Shown here: positions 26,712 to 39,800 of the stretch, in pieces
Position numbering within the stretch: the first letter of the stretch is position 1
How the letters are laid out: each line of letters begins with the position of its first letter
Source: Magallana gigas
Taxonomy: Eukaryota
Length of the DNA: 64,000 nt
Direction of reading: 5' to 3'
Assembly (NCBI RefSeq): GCF_963853765.1
Contig: NC_088853.1
Coordinates: forward strand, 16,616,001 to 16,680,000
Position numbers and translations under genes: made by a program
The notes under the pieces: generated by a model
Database searches by the model: none
What the model was told of the DNA's origin: nothing
What the model saw: only the letters and a program-made list of their open reading frames with translations

Positions 26712-29700
26712 AATCAAATCTATTTGAATATTTATTACAGGTTCTTATCTATTTGAATATCTATGAGTGTCTACTTTTCTATCTGAATCAGTTTTTCATT
26801 ATTGATTTGGGACAAAAATTTGATACTTGCGACTTGCAAGGATACAAGGTTTGGACTTACTGTTGTTGGTTTTTCAGGGCAGTGATTCTGATGATGTTAT
26901 AGAACACTCCCCCGATCATCAGGAGGTGGCCTTTTTCTCCTTTAAACCAAAGACCTGCCTTGGTGGAAAGAAAAAGGTATAGATAACATTCAGTAGAGTA
27001 ATTGATTAATAGCTTTCATTATTGTCTACTTAAATTCTGTTAATCTGACTTAAATAGTCAGCTGTCTATAAGGATACCAGCCATAGAGGGTACCAAGCAA
27101 TAAAGACGGCTGAAATTAAGGAGTCTGATAATTATTGGGTACAGGAAAAATCCCCAAGTCGTCTTTTTAAATTATTCTCCTGAATAAAAATAGATCATAC
27201 TTCAAAAATGTGAATTACTATCAATGATGAAAAATCAATTCTAACATTTGAGTATGAATTTAGGGGTTACTTTATGTTAGAAACATGCAGAGTAGGTAAT
27301 TCGACATGAAATACTCTTTACAAAAAGACAAAGGAGACAAAACCGCAGAAAGAAAATTCCAAAGAGAAAGTGAAGGAATGGCGGCAAGTTGGTAAAGTAA
27401 GTGCTGGGCACCAGTCAACAATGCTACCAGTCAAGTGGGCAAAACACCCTCGCTTTTAATATGAATCGGTCTCATTCTATTTTAAACTGCATGGCATATA
27501 ACAGTTTTTCTTATTTGCAAAAAACCTGAGCAGAGTTTGTTGTGATTTGTTTTATGTTATGGTTTATGTGAGTCTGTGATTTTTTTGGCCTTTCTTTTTT
27601 CTCTTGCTTGATGAGTTTAGATTTTTAGGATTTTATGATAACTAATTTTGCCTATGGCAATAAACTAAGGGCTATCATCCCTTCCATACCTTCAAACCTT
27701 CAATATCACAAGGACCAAACTGTTATAAATGTTATATCATATTATTCATAATTATCAGACAATTAACAAGGGATAACTCGTGTAATTTGATGCACCAGGT
27801 ACAAGTTTCTTTGAGTTAATTCCCCTTGCGCAACTTGTTGTGAAGGGGATATAGCATTACTGCTGTACGTTTGTGTCTTCTTCAGTTGGAAGCAATTAAG
27901 TTTAAGAGAAAAGCTTTGCACAAATATTGATCAAACTTCGTACACTTATTTCGCATGGTAAAAGGACAAACCCTGTTAATTTTCAAGTCAATTAGTTGAA
28001 TCCTTTTCAATATATCATTAAAATAACATAATTTTAAACAGAAATTTTATGTACGACTTGACAATAACTACTTTCGCTTCACTTTTGTGAAACCAAAGTG
28101 AAAGTAAGTAATTCAAACCAACAATTTGATATTTTTTGGATTAGATCTAGTACCATTAAAAAAAAAAAATTTGTAGTAATGGAGGGTTTACTTAGTAGAA
28201 ATTTGTCGCCTCATTTATATTTATATAAGTAAACTGTATATTCCTAAATAATGCATCCCCCACACAATAAATTATGTCGCAAGGGGATGCTCTGTTTAGC
28301 AGTCCCTTGTTTAGGAATTTACAGTATGTTACATGTATAGTTGTCTGTCTGAGCGGTTTTCCTCTTTGATTTTTATGGCATAGCTAAAATTGCCTCAAGG
28401 TCTTCAAACTGTTTATACATTTATCAGATAGGATGAGGATGAAACATACCATTTTAACGCGATAAAAAGATAAGATTAGTAAATTTTCATTTATAAATAA
28501 AGTCAAACCTATTATCTCGGACAAGATGGGACTGGTTAAAAACTTTGAGATATCGGAGTATTTGAGATATCAAGTGCATAATACTTAAAGTATAATAGAA
28601 CCATTTTAATAAGAGCTTGGACCTTGGGTAGTTGTGTTAAACAGCAATGTGACGTAGGCCTGTTTATTTCATTGTTGGCCACTCAGCCATGGCTCTCTAA
28701 AATCAACAAGATTTGTCTGGCTTTTGAGCTAAGACAAGGCAATCGGTGCATATTTCGCTTGAAACCGCGTCATTTTTAACTTGTTTTGATGCAAGAATTA
28801 GATAGCTACGTCCTACTGAATGTCCAAGGTCTTGTTAAAATGGTTATAAGTGGTTGGGACTTTCAAATCACTTCAACATATCCATTGTTTTTTTAAAATA
28901 TTTGTGTTTGAGATGCTGAAGTTTTACTATACTTTTAGGAATTTCCGGGTTAAATTGTTGAAATAAATCATCTTGAAATGCATAAAAAATCTAAAAGCTC
29001 AGTTATTATAATTATATTATCTTGTTTTTCTTCAGGAGTTAGGGGTTTGGAGTGAGGAGATTTTTAAAGTAATATATGTCATGTTATTTAATTGATTGAT
29101 TAATTGATCAGTTTATTGATTGATTGATTAAGTGTTGTGTTATGTCAGTTGAAAATGTTTTTGAATTTCTCGTAATTTTATTGTTTTTTTATACAATTTC
29201 AACTGTTACTTTCAAACAACTTAAATTTGTTGGGGTCAATTTTAATGGATTTTACAAGTTCATTAGGATATGATTTCATAAATTAATTGACTTGAATTTA
29301 TAATTATTTATAGTCATCTTTAAAAGTTTTACTGTACAGTATAATTCATCAAGGACTTGATTATGCTTAATATTTGAGTTAGGGTTAACTCCATGCAAAT
29401 CCATCAAAATTGACTAGTAATAAATTACGAATCTGAATGATTTCTGTTCTGCATGATGTGGTACTAAGTGTCTGGTTTACTTTACAATTTCCTGAATAAT
29501 CATATGAAGTTTTACAGAAGTTTTAATTGCCTGTTTAAGATAAGGTAGCTCATGTTGAATTTGGATGAATTATTTGCGAAAAGCACCATTCACTTGCCTT
29601 TCAATCCAGGCATTTTTGTGTGGCTTCCATTGTAAATATATGTCTAGTATGACAATGAAAATCTCGGCTATTTAAAAGCCAAAGTGACCAAAAAAAATTA

Positions 29701-31934
29701 TTACCCATCCTTTGACTTTAAAGTGTCTCTTGCACCATGCTCATTATTGTTATTCTGAATGCATATTATTATATTTAGGCGTCACTAAGGATAGCGGATG
29801 CTGATTGGTCAGACAAGTTCTCCTTGGATACCGTGGGAAGTTCCGGAACCATCCAATGCAAAACCAAATCCAGGGTGTATGAGGTGAGACTGGTGTTTTA
29901 CAATCCAAGTTTACTGTAGATGCCTTATATTACGCGATCCCGCTGGTATGTATCAAATTGCGAGAATATAAAATCTCGAACATGGAACTTTGCTCTTTTG
30001 AATTATTTCTTATAGTTCTCAACTCTCAGAAAATAATGGCCAAATTGTAAAATCCCCGAAGGGTGCTGCTCGCAATTTTATGGGAAAATTAATTCCTCGC
30101 GTTTAATTAGGAATCTGTTCCAGAAGTTATTTGTAACAGTTGTTTGGGAATTTGTTCACTGTTCATACAAATATCAAAGGATGCAATTATTTATTTATCA
30201 TTTAAAGTTTTCACAAGTCAGTTGTGAGTAAACTTTTTAAATTAAGAAACCAAAACTTCTGTGAATACTTTGGTCACTTTGCAAACTTTTATTTTTTTGA
30301 AAAAAAGGGATTTTTAATGAATCTTATATATTATTTCTTAAAAGATTGTGGTAAACTTTGGTAATGAATTATATAATTTTACTCTTGGTGCTCAACCATG
30401 TTAAACTTTTATGAATTTACATCTCTCCATATTTCTCTAGCTTTGGGTCTGACTGAACAAGTGCAATAAGTTTGGTGTTTTTAACCTTTTTGAGCTTGAT
30501 TGAAATCAATTCTATAAGTTTTGTTCTAATATTCTATATTAATTTTTGAATTATCATATTTGGCTGTAAATTTCATACATTAAATTCCTGACCATCAATT
30601 TCGATACAAATATCTTATCTAGTTAGGTGCATAAATTAGTCTTGGAAATTTTAAAAATTGTCTAGAAGGACAGATTCTGAAGTTGAAAAAAATTGATAAT
30701 TGCTGGTTCTTGGTCCTGGCTGCGTTTTCCCCATCATATAACATAAAATGGATTTGTGTTTTAGGCAGGGGTAAAAATTCGCCTTTCAAGCTCTGGACTG
30801 ACCAAGATCTGTACGTTTACACCTCTATACATGCTGCTGAATACATCAGAAGTCAAACTGCTGTGTGCTGAAACCACGAAACAAGATGAATGGACTCAAA
30901 TTCCGCCCAAATCAGTAAATGGAAAAAAATGATTGAAAAATTGTATACAGGGTTAATTTCGCCTTGATTATTTTCGCCCTTCTTTACTTGCAAACCGTTT
31001 GGCCCTTTCTTAAATTCGCCAAAACATAGCTGTGTTTAAAGGAGATAAAATAATACCTGAGAATTCGCCCAGTCTTAAATTAGCCCGCTGACAGCGAGGA
31101 CGAAAAAGGCAAAATTAAAACGACGAATATTTCCCTGTATACAGTATTTTCAATTATCTCCATAATTTTGCAATTGGTCCTACCATACTGAAAGATTGGC
31201 GTTAATTGTAAATGTAATTCATCTTTGTTGTTTCTTCAGTGTCTGCCATTTTGGCCATTGCATTCTGGGAAGGAGATGACAATGGTGGCCAAAGTTGACG
31301 GGTCTGCGTATAGTACAACACCGTTCTACTTCAACAAACCACACGCTACTCTGATGAGAGTGGACGATGAGGTAAAATACTTACTGATATATTCATAAAG
31401 TTCAACAATTCTCTGATTTGATTTCAACATATTTTATTGTATATATATAGCATTCATATACGAAAGGTTAGGACACAAGTTCTAACAACTTACAAGGTCT
31501 TTACTATTTAACTTGAAAAATTGTTAAAAACTTACAACTGTTATAACTTACATGACAATTATATGAATTTGTAATTACAAAATAACAAAATACACGATAT
31601 ATACAAGTATAAGAAACATGCACATACACTATAAAACGAATCTTCCATTTTCGTTGATATACTATAATTGGTGAGATTGTTAAATACTAGACAAAATAAT
31701 GCATATTTTGTGTGTTTTTGGGATGTTTAATTTCTCTTTAGACTAAGTATATTCAGTATTCAATGTTCAATGTTATTTGTTCTTGTGAAGGTTGGAGGAA
31801 TAAATGTGGACTGTCAGGTGACAGAGGCTGCCACGGTAACATCCTTGACAACATATAAACCAGGCATGGCTACCGTCCTGATGATCAACAGTACAGACAG
31901 GGCAGTCGTCAAGTACAACCAGTGGTGAGTGGTC

Positions 31935-32002
<68 letters not shown>

Positions 32003-33777
32003 GAAAATATGGTCAGAGAGAGGGAGAGAGAAAATCTCAGTCAAGTCAGGGGTAAAACTTTCGCAGAGAAAAGAAGAGATTGGTGAAATTTTGATTACAC
32101 AGTAGATGACTACAATTTGAGTTACGTTACTTATTTCTAGTGGTGAGAAGTCGGCACACGTTCTGAATCCCATGGAGTGTGTACTGTACACCTGGGAGAA
32201 TGCCATAGGGAAGAGGGAGCTAGAGTGGAGCTCTGGAGAAGTCAAATCTCAGAAAACCAGCCTTATCCAGGTGAGTAGAACAGGTGGAAATTAAGTTTAC
32301 ACTATGATGAAGACTGTTGAATTAATAAGTGAGTTTGTTGCATTCATGGTCTACCTAACAAATGAAGAAGACAGTCGTGGCTTTGTGCCTATAATTATAT
32401 TGAAATTTTATGTAGTAAAACAGTAAAAGATATAAATTATGAACTATAGTCAAATCAGATGCAATAGTTGAACAAAATAAATACCTCAGTGGTTCCAGGA
32501 AGACAAAAAAATTATAATCATTAATACAAAAGATATGTGGATGTGAAGAGAACAGCCAAATAGACTGAGAACAAATCTTGTTTGACAGTATTATTTGTCT
32601 TTATTTGTAGGACGGTACAGACAGTTTTTTCCTGGACTCTGATACCAAGATCTTCTGGGTCTCTTTCCTGGACGGACTACAGAGGGTGCTACTGTTTACT
32701 GAGGATCTCGCCGTGGCCATTAATGCTCAGGAGGTTTGTACAGTGACTCTCATGTGTCCTGAATGAATGCAAAATTTATGAGGGCTAGATGGTTGTGGCC
32801 ATTTTAAGACTGTATAGATCTCCTCTAGAAGAAGAGTTAGGTATAAAAATACCTAAATTTTAAAAAGTAAAATACTGTGAAAACATTAGATTACGTGGTG
32901 GCTCAATTTTTGTGAAATTCGTGGGTACCTCTCACCAACGAATTAACATCCTTCTCGAATAAATAAATTCGGACCATAAAGTCATATTTCCTTTTGTGTT
33001 TATCAGAGAATACACAAAATTACGTCCCCATGAACCTGTAAAATTGAAGCAATTCACGAAAAATGGCCCCCACAAATTTTAATGATTCCACAGTATATGG
33101 ATTAATTTTACTTAATAATAGTTTATAGCTAAAAAAAAATTGTATCTTAAAATTTTATGTACCGGTAGATCTGATGGTTAATATGTTGACCATTTAGCCT
33201 CTTTAAAGATTCTAGATTGTTGATGTGTCTGATTGCAAGAGGAGATGTCTGGATAATTTACATTTTGAGAAATTATTGTTAACAATATGAAGATTGTTGC
33301 TGTGCACTTTTGATAGAAAAGGGAAGTGACTTGATGAATGAGATTAATAAGATGAAGGTGGATACTGTGTTTTGAGCATCAATTGGTACAGTAATGGATT
33401 TAGTGACAAAAGCAGTTTCTAGGTTATGTAACTTTGTGGACAATGATCCTAATAACAAAAATACCATTAGATTTTGCTGAATGTCGTGAATCAGCACAAC
33501 TACAAAGTCCTGGAAAATCACTATTCTATGAATATGAATGAAACTACCTGTAGTAATTGACATGCAATGGGATTAATGCCAGACAAACGGCAAAATCTTA
33601 ATGGTTGACATGTACTCATCTTTTATCTTTTATTACATCTTTTATTTTGTTGTTAAACAGGCAGGAGAGTTGGAGAGAATTGAGCAGGAGATCACCCTCT
33701 CTCTCCACAGTATGGGTGTATCCCTAGTCAACGACACAACACAGACGGAGGTAGCCTACCTCGGCATCACAAGGTAT

Positions 33778-33843
<66 letters not shown>

Positions 33844-36800
33844 GTATCTATCTATCTCTGTATCTANNNNNNNNNNNNNNNNNNNNNNNNNNNNNNNNNN
33901 NNNNNNNNNNNNNNNNNNNNNNNNNNNNNNNNNNNNNNNNNNNNNNNNNNNNNNNNNNNNNNNNNNNNNNNNNNNNNNNNNNNNNNNNNNNNNNNNNNNN
34001 NNNNNNNNNNNTTTTCAAACTTAAGGTTGTTTACCTGGGCATTACAAGGTACTATGTTCAGCAGATGTTGCATACCTAGGGATTATATATGTTTTGTGCC
34101 CCTGTTTTATCTATCCAGACTTGTCTACTTTTGGTCTCGAAGTGACTCTATAGACTTTTCAAATTTATTCAAGTATCTTAATGTATTTGTTCCATCAATT
34201 TTCTTTTTCCTTTGTTTCTCTGATTAGTTCTGGAGTAATTTGGGAAGAGAAGAAAAAGAGGTATAAAGCACTGAATGGAAAGACAACAGGATTACTGGAG
34301 GCAGCCTATCAGAAGTATGTTATGGAGATAGAATTAGGTCACCGTCCACCGGAAAAAATAGCCCTGGACAATAAAATGGAGGTAAGATTTCGATGAGAAG
34401 GTGATTGAAATGATTAAACTAGTAATTTATGTAGTACTTCTAATTCTTGGATTTTGTTTGTTGACTGATTCTACAATTTTGTACATATACATGTATACAT
34501 GTATTTGTTCAGAAATAGAACCTTCAGATGAAAATAGATGTAGTTCTTAATTATGTCTTTATTTTTTGCATTAAGTGAAGAGTAGATTTATTCAATACAT
34601 ACTTGTTAAAGTGGGTCTACGTGGGAGGTTTTTCTGTCTTTTAATTTAGTGTATCTTTAGGTCATTCCTCGCGTATCTGAAGAGTCATTTCAGGGTACAT
34701 GCAGTACTTTCAGTACTTTTATTTCGATTGTCTCCCTGTCAGTGCATTCAGTTCTTTGATTTTCTTCAAGGTGAATTTCCAGGAGATGAGGATGATAAAG
34801 CCAAATAACAGGGGGATCCGAAGATCTTTCCAGGACGGGGTGTGGATCCAATATAAAACCTCACCCCATCAACTTCAGGTCCATGCCAAGATCAATCGTC
34901 TACAGGTAACAAAATTATTGATTTGATTAATGATTCAATAGTGATAGTTTAAATATTAAAACATGGAATAATTGATTTGATAATTGAAGTATAAATGAGC
35001 CCAGTGCATAAAATATTACCCAGGTATTTAATGTCCTTGTTCTAAGATATTTAATATGCGAAGTTGCAGAAAGAGAGAGAGAAAGAATGAGAGAGGGAGA
35101 CCAATGAGTATGTTGTACAGATAGAATTAACACAGGATGCATACACTGTCATAGCATATACATGTATAATCATCATGATGTCATGCTTGTAGATAAGATG
35201 CTTTCTTTCTGTTACAGCTGGACAACCAGACCTACATCTACGTGTTCCCCACAGTCTTGGCCCCCATCCCTCCCCCCAAATCAGTCGCCTCAGACAGTGG
35301 TCAGTGACCTAATTATTGAGATCTTGTTCTAATAAGGCATAATAGAATTAGGCCTATAAAAAAAAATTGTGTGTTTAGGGTAACACTGATGAAAATTTTA
35401 GGTTAGGTATTTAGGGATTTTTTTTTCATTTTATCATATTTTTTTTATGCATGAATCCTAAAAGTGTTTGTTTGTGTCATATTAAAAAATGAGTTTTTAA
35501 TAGAAATAATGTAAAAATCACAATCTGATGAAAACAGACATCTAAAGATGGTAGGATCGGGGAATTTTTGTAGGTTAGTTAGGATTACCCTAAACACACA
35601 ACTTTTTTTTTAGGCCTTATTCTTTAGTTATATAAATTTTATTTATTCATAACAAGACAGGCAGGTTTTATAGACAATGTAATAGGTAAAGATTTAAACT
35701 CAATTTTTAATTTTTTGTACTTTAAAGCTGCTTGGTCCGATTTTATATCAAATTTTATGCACGCTTTTAAACGATGGCTATGCTTAGTATATGTATAATT
35801 ATAATAGACATTGCAGTAGTTCTACCCGTCAATTATGCCAAATTTCAATGAAGAAAAATACGTACAAAATTTGCTAACAAAACAAACGACATTAAAAGGT
35901 ACCGCGTTATTTCGCCTCATGTTAAATTTCACCCCCTGACGACGAGACGGGTATGGTTGTATTACGAATTTGACATCGCTTTAAATAAAGGTCGAAATGA
36001 TTAGACAAATTATAAATAAACATGTGTACGTTTTGTTCGCTAATATTTCCAAAGTCTGCTTTCTTTACAATCGATGCATAGCATGCGGGTTGAATTACCC
36101 CAATCATTCGGAGGACGAAACCAAGCGGTTTCCTTTTCTAAACATTCCCGTGATGCATTTTTGTTTGTTTTTTCGTTTGCCCAAAGAGAAATTATTTTTA
36201 TTCATTTTGAATATTTCTAACTTTGAAAGAAGACTGATTTTGCTGGTGTAAATAGTAGAAAGTCCATAACTTTCTAAGATAAATGTTTTGTATGAAAAAA
36301 ATGTTGATACTGTAATTACAAAAAATTCGGACCAAGCAGCTTTAATTGAAAAATTGAGCCGAGTATGGTTATGAAATCTATAAATGCTGTAGAACAAACC
36401 TCATGTGGTTTAGATGGAATCAGATAAACAAACTGTATCTGCATTTTAATTTTACTTCAAGGAAGATGAGTAAAATATAGAATTGAAGGTGAAAAAAAGA
36501 GCTAGTTGAAATGGAAATTTAGTTAATCAGCAAAAAAAAAAATTTGCATCAATGAAAAATATGACAAATTATTTTAGAATAGACATGTGTATATTTGAAA
36601 TAATTGGATTGAGTTTGAGGTTAGATTATTGTGTTTATTTTGTAGTTCCAAAGCCTTTCGCTGAGGTCAGCATATTGTCACGGAAACATGAACACAGCAA
36701 CATGCAACAGTTTAAGTAAGTGGTGTTGTTGAAAAGGATGAAAGGTCAAGGTCAATTACAGGTCAAAGATAAAAGGTCAATAGGATTAATCCTGAGACTT

Positions 36801-39800
36801 TCTACATCATATTGCTTTTCTCATCAATTTTGAACTCATCAGGAAAAATGAAACCATAGCTAGAGCGTCTTTGAAACTTCATTCCATAGCATTGTAAGGA
36901 AATTAAGGTGGTATGGGACACTTCCATGTTTGGATGTATTGTTTATCGAAATAAACAATAAAATCATGTGTAATTATTTAAGTATTTTCTTTCCCAATAT
37001 TGTCACCTAACAGCGTAGAGCAGAGGGCTAGAGGTTATACTATGAATTTGTACATCATGAGTTCGAATCCCGCTGGGGGTTTTACAATTTTTACCTCTCC
37101 AAATATTTTTAAAGCTATTTTTTGTTAAATATTGTAAAAGTTGCAAATTCTAAAATGGTAAAAGTATTTTAATGATTATGTACTTTAAAACACATTAATA
37201 TGGACAAATGCCCAATACCACTTTAAAACAATGTTGGAACATCTTTTCAGATATTTCAAGGTGTTGGTCCAAGAAATGTCGTTAAAAGTGGACCAGGGCT
37301 TCCTGAACAACATCATAGACTTCTTCACCTCCAGTCAACAGGTGTCACGTGACCAGGAGGTGGGTGTATTCTCTAGCTAAGAAACAAGCTGATACTCTAA
37401 CAACAAAGAGAAATTTTTGCAAGGTTCACAAGAGCTTCATTGAAAAATATTTCGCCGTTAACCAGTTCTTGCCAAAAAAGGGCTGTGGTTTAGGCCTGAA
37501 TGAAAAAAATAATCATTCCAAACCAGTGAATCTTCAGAAACTCCTGAAACAAAGTCACAGCAAATTGAATTTAATTTACAGTACCCAGTTTATGTGTTTT
37601 TAAAGCATAATTGTGAGATTTACAGACGTCCAATCCAATGATTGTTTTAATTATAATAATGGTTCATTTTTTACACAACAGAAGGAGATGCTGGAGGCAG
37701 ACCTGAAGACAGTGTACACCGAGTTACTTGACGAGGCCGGGCTCTCACTTGCCGAGGAACAGAAGAACTTCTTTGACTACCTTCACTTCTCACCTATCAA
37801 GGTAAGACATTTGAACATGGTTTCCAATTTTTTTTATGAGCTTTCTGTCCACAAAATATATTGATGATGTGATATTTATTCAAATGTCTTTGATTTATTT
37901 TCACATTGTTATTTATTTATATTTTTAGATCCACCTGAGTTTCTCCCTGCAAGGAGGGGGAGGAGGGGATGGGAAGGCGGTCCATCTCCATGCCAACATC
38001 ATCAATGTCTTCCTGCAGAGTGTTGGGGTTGTGCTGACAGATGTACAAGACGTGGTGTTCAAGTAAGTGTTTAATTAAGTTACTTTAATAGTCGATGGTG
38101 TAGGTGTTCAGGATGTGTTGTTTGAGTGAGGGTTTTCACATACAGTATACAGAGATATATTCTCCATTTTTTTTTCACCTTTCGCCCTCGGGTCAGTGGG
38201 CGAATTTAAGACTGGATGAAGTTTAATTTCTCAATTTATCTCTTTAAATACAGCTATGTCTGGGCAAATTCAGGGCAATGCGAAAACATTTGCAAGTGAA
38301 GAATGGCGAAAATAAATCAGGGTGAAAATAACTCCGTATACAGTCCTTAGATTCATAGTAGGAAATCTATAAGGCCCGGCTTGCTTGACTATGCAAAATT
38401 CCAACATTGAAGTTTCATATAAATTCTTTGTATCCTACAGTTTGGACCTTTTTTTGAAAGGGAAGTGTTCAGTAATTTGTTTTTCTGTATTTCTGTATAT
38501 TGTTTGCCTGTATTTTGCAGGCTTGGATTTTTTGAGAGAAAGAACAATTTCTACAACCAGTCGCAGCTGACTTCAGAAATGGGTCGCCACTACGCAGGCC
38601 AAGCGGTCAAACAGCTCTATGTCCTGGTACTTGGGCTTGACGTACTTGGGAATCCGTTTGGACTTTTGCGTGGAATGGCTGAGGGAATGGAAGATCTATT
38701 CTATGAGCCGTATCAGGTATCTAGCTTTTCCAAAAAATCTCTCTTTCAACAACATCTTTTTGTTGTCTCAAATTAAACACTTACAGCAGAAAACAAGTTT
38801 CAGCCGCAGGGGATGTCAGATACAAGTGATACCTTTAAGCACTACCATTGCTTGCTCTGTTTTTTACATGTAAACATCTGTTGTTGTTTCCGGTTTACAA
38901 ACAGAAACTTTGATAGATCTTTGATATCCAGAAGACAAACTTTTTGCTGAGTATATATAAAAATATTAACAAAAACTGAAGAAGTACATGTACCCATGTA
39001 TAAGAATCCATTAACACCATTAGATTTTGAACCCCCACACTTGCCCATAATTCAAGTATCAATAAACCCATTGAAGATTTGGTGTCCATTGGAATGTAGA
39101 TTTCATTGTAATTATCGCAACACTTTATATTAGAATCATCTCCCTCTAGAGCACATTAATCTTATTAACACTTCAACCTTTCCTTTTAATTACTGGTCAG
39201 ATGGTAAGTACTCTAATATCAGCCAACTCTAAGTCTTCTGTTCTTACTCTTACACGCATATCGGTGACCATCCTTGCAAATTCTTTTCAGTAAATAAATT
39301 CATTGGCTGTTCATGACATATTTCTTCAAAACAGGAACTAATAGATGAATGCATTTATATTGTTGACAAATCTAGTTCAATGCATTCAAACTATTGACAG
39401 ATCTAATTCATTGCTAAATTCTTTATCATTTAACCCTGTTTTCATTTATGAATAATAATTTACCATTAATCTGTATTTATGAGATACATGCTTGACCAAA
39501 TATTATCAAAAAACAGTTTAAGGCAATGCACTGAAAGAAGACACTTTAAACTTTGTTAGATACTAGCAGAAAACAATTGGTGCATGGATGCAATACCATG
39601 TAGTACATGTACATGTACTTGAATGCTTGATTGTTGTCACCTGTTCATTTACAAAATTATACTAACTAGTCTCGTGATTGATATTCTCAGTCACAATAGC
39701 CTTCCAAATCAAAAGTTTGTGAATTTAAGTACAATTTATGCCTGTTTTATTTTGTCTCATTGGCCTTTCAGAAGTAAAGGTATAAAGTTCAGAACATCTT

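Noticed and set aside
33601-34227. Long ORFs of 208, 60 and 69 aa
   Set aside because: Artefacts of the microsatellite and N gap; only 33661-33773 is a real exon.
34228-34905. WWE-like module as a novelty
   Set aside because: Already described for VPS13A/C proteins.
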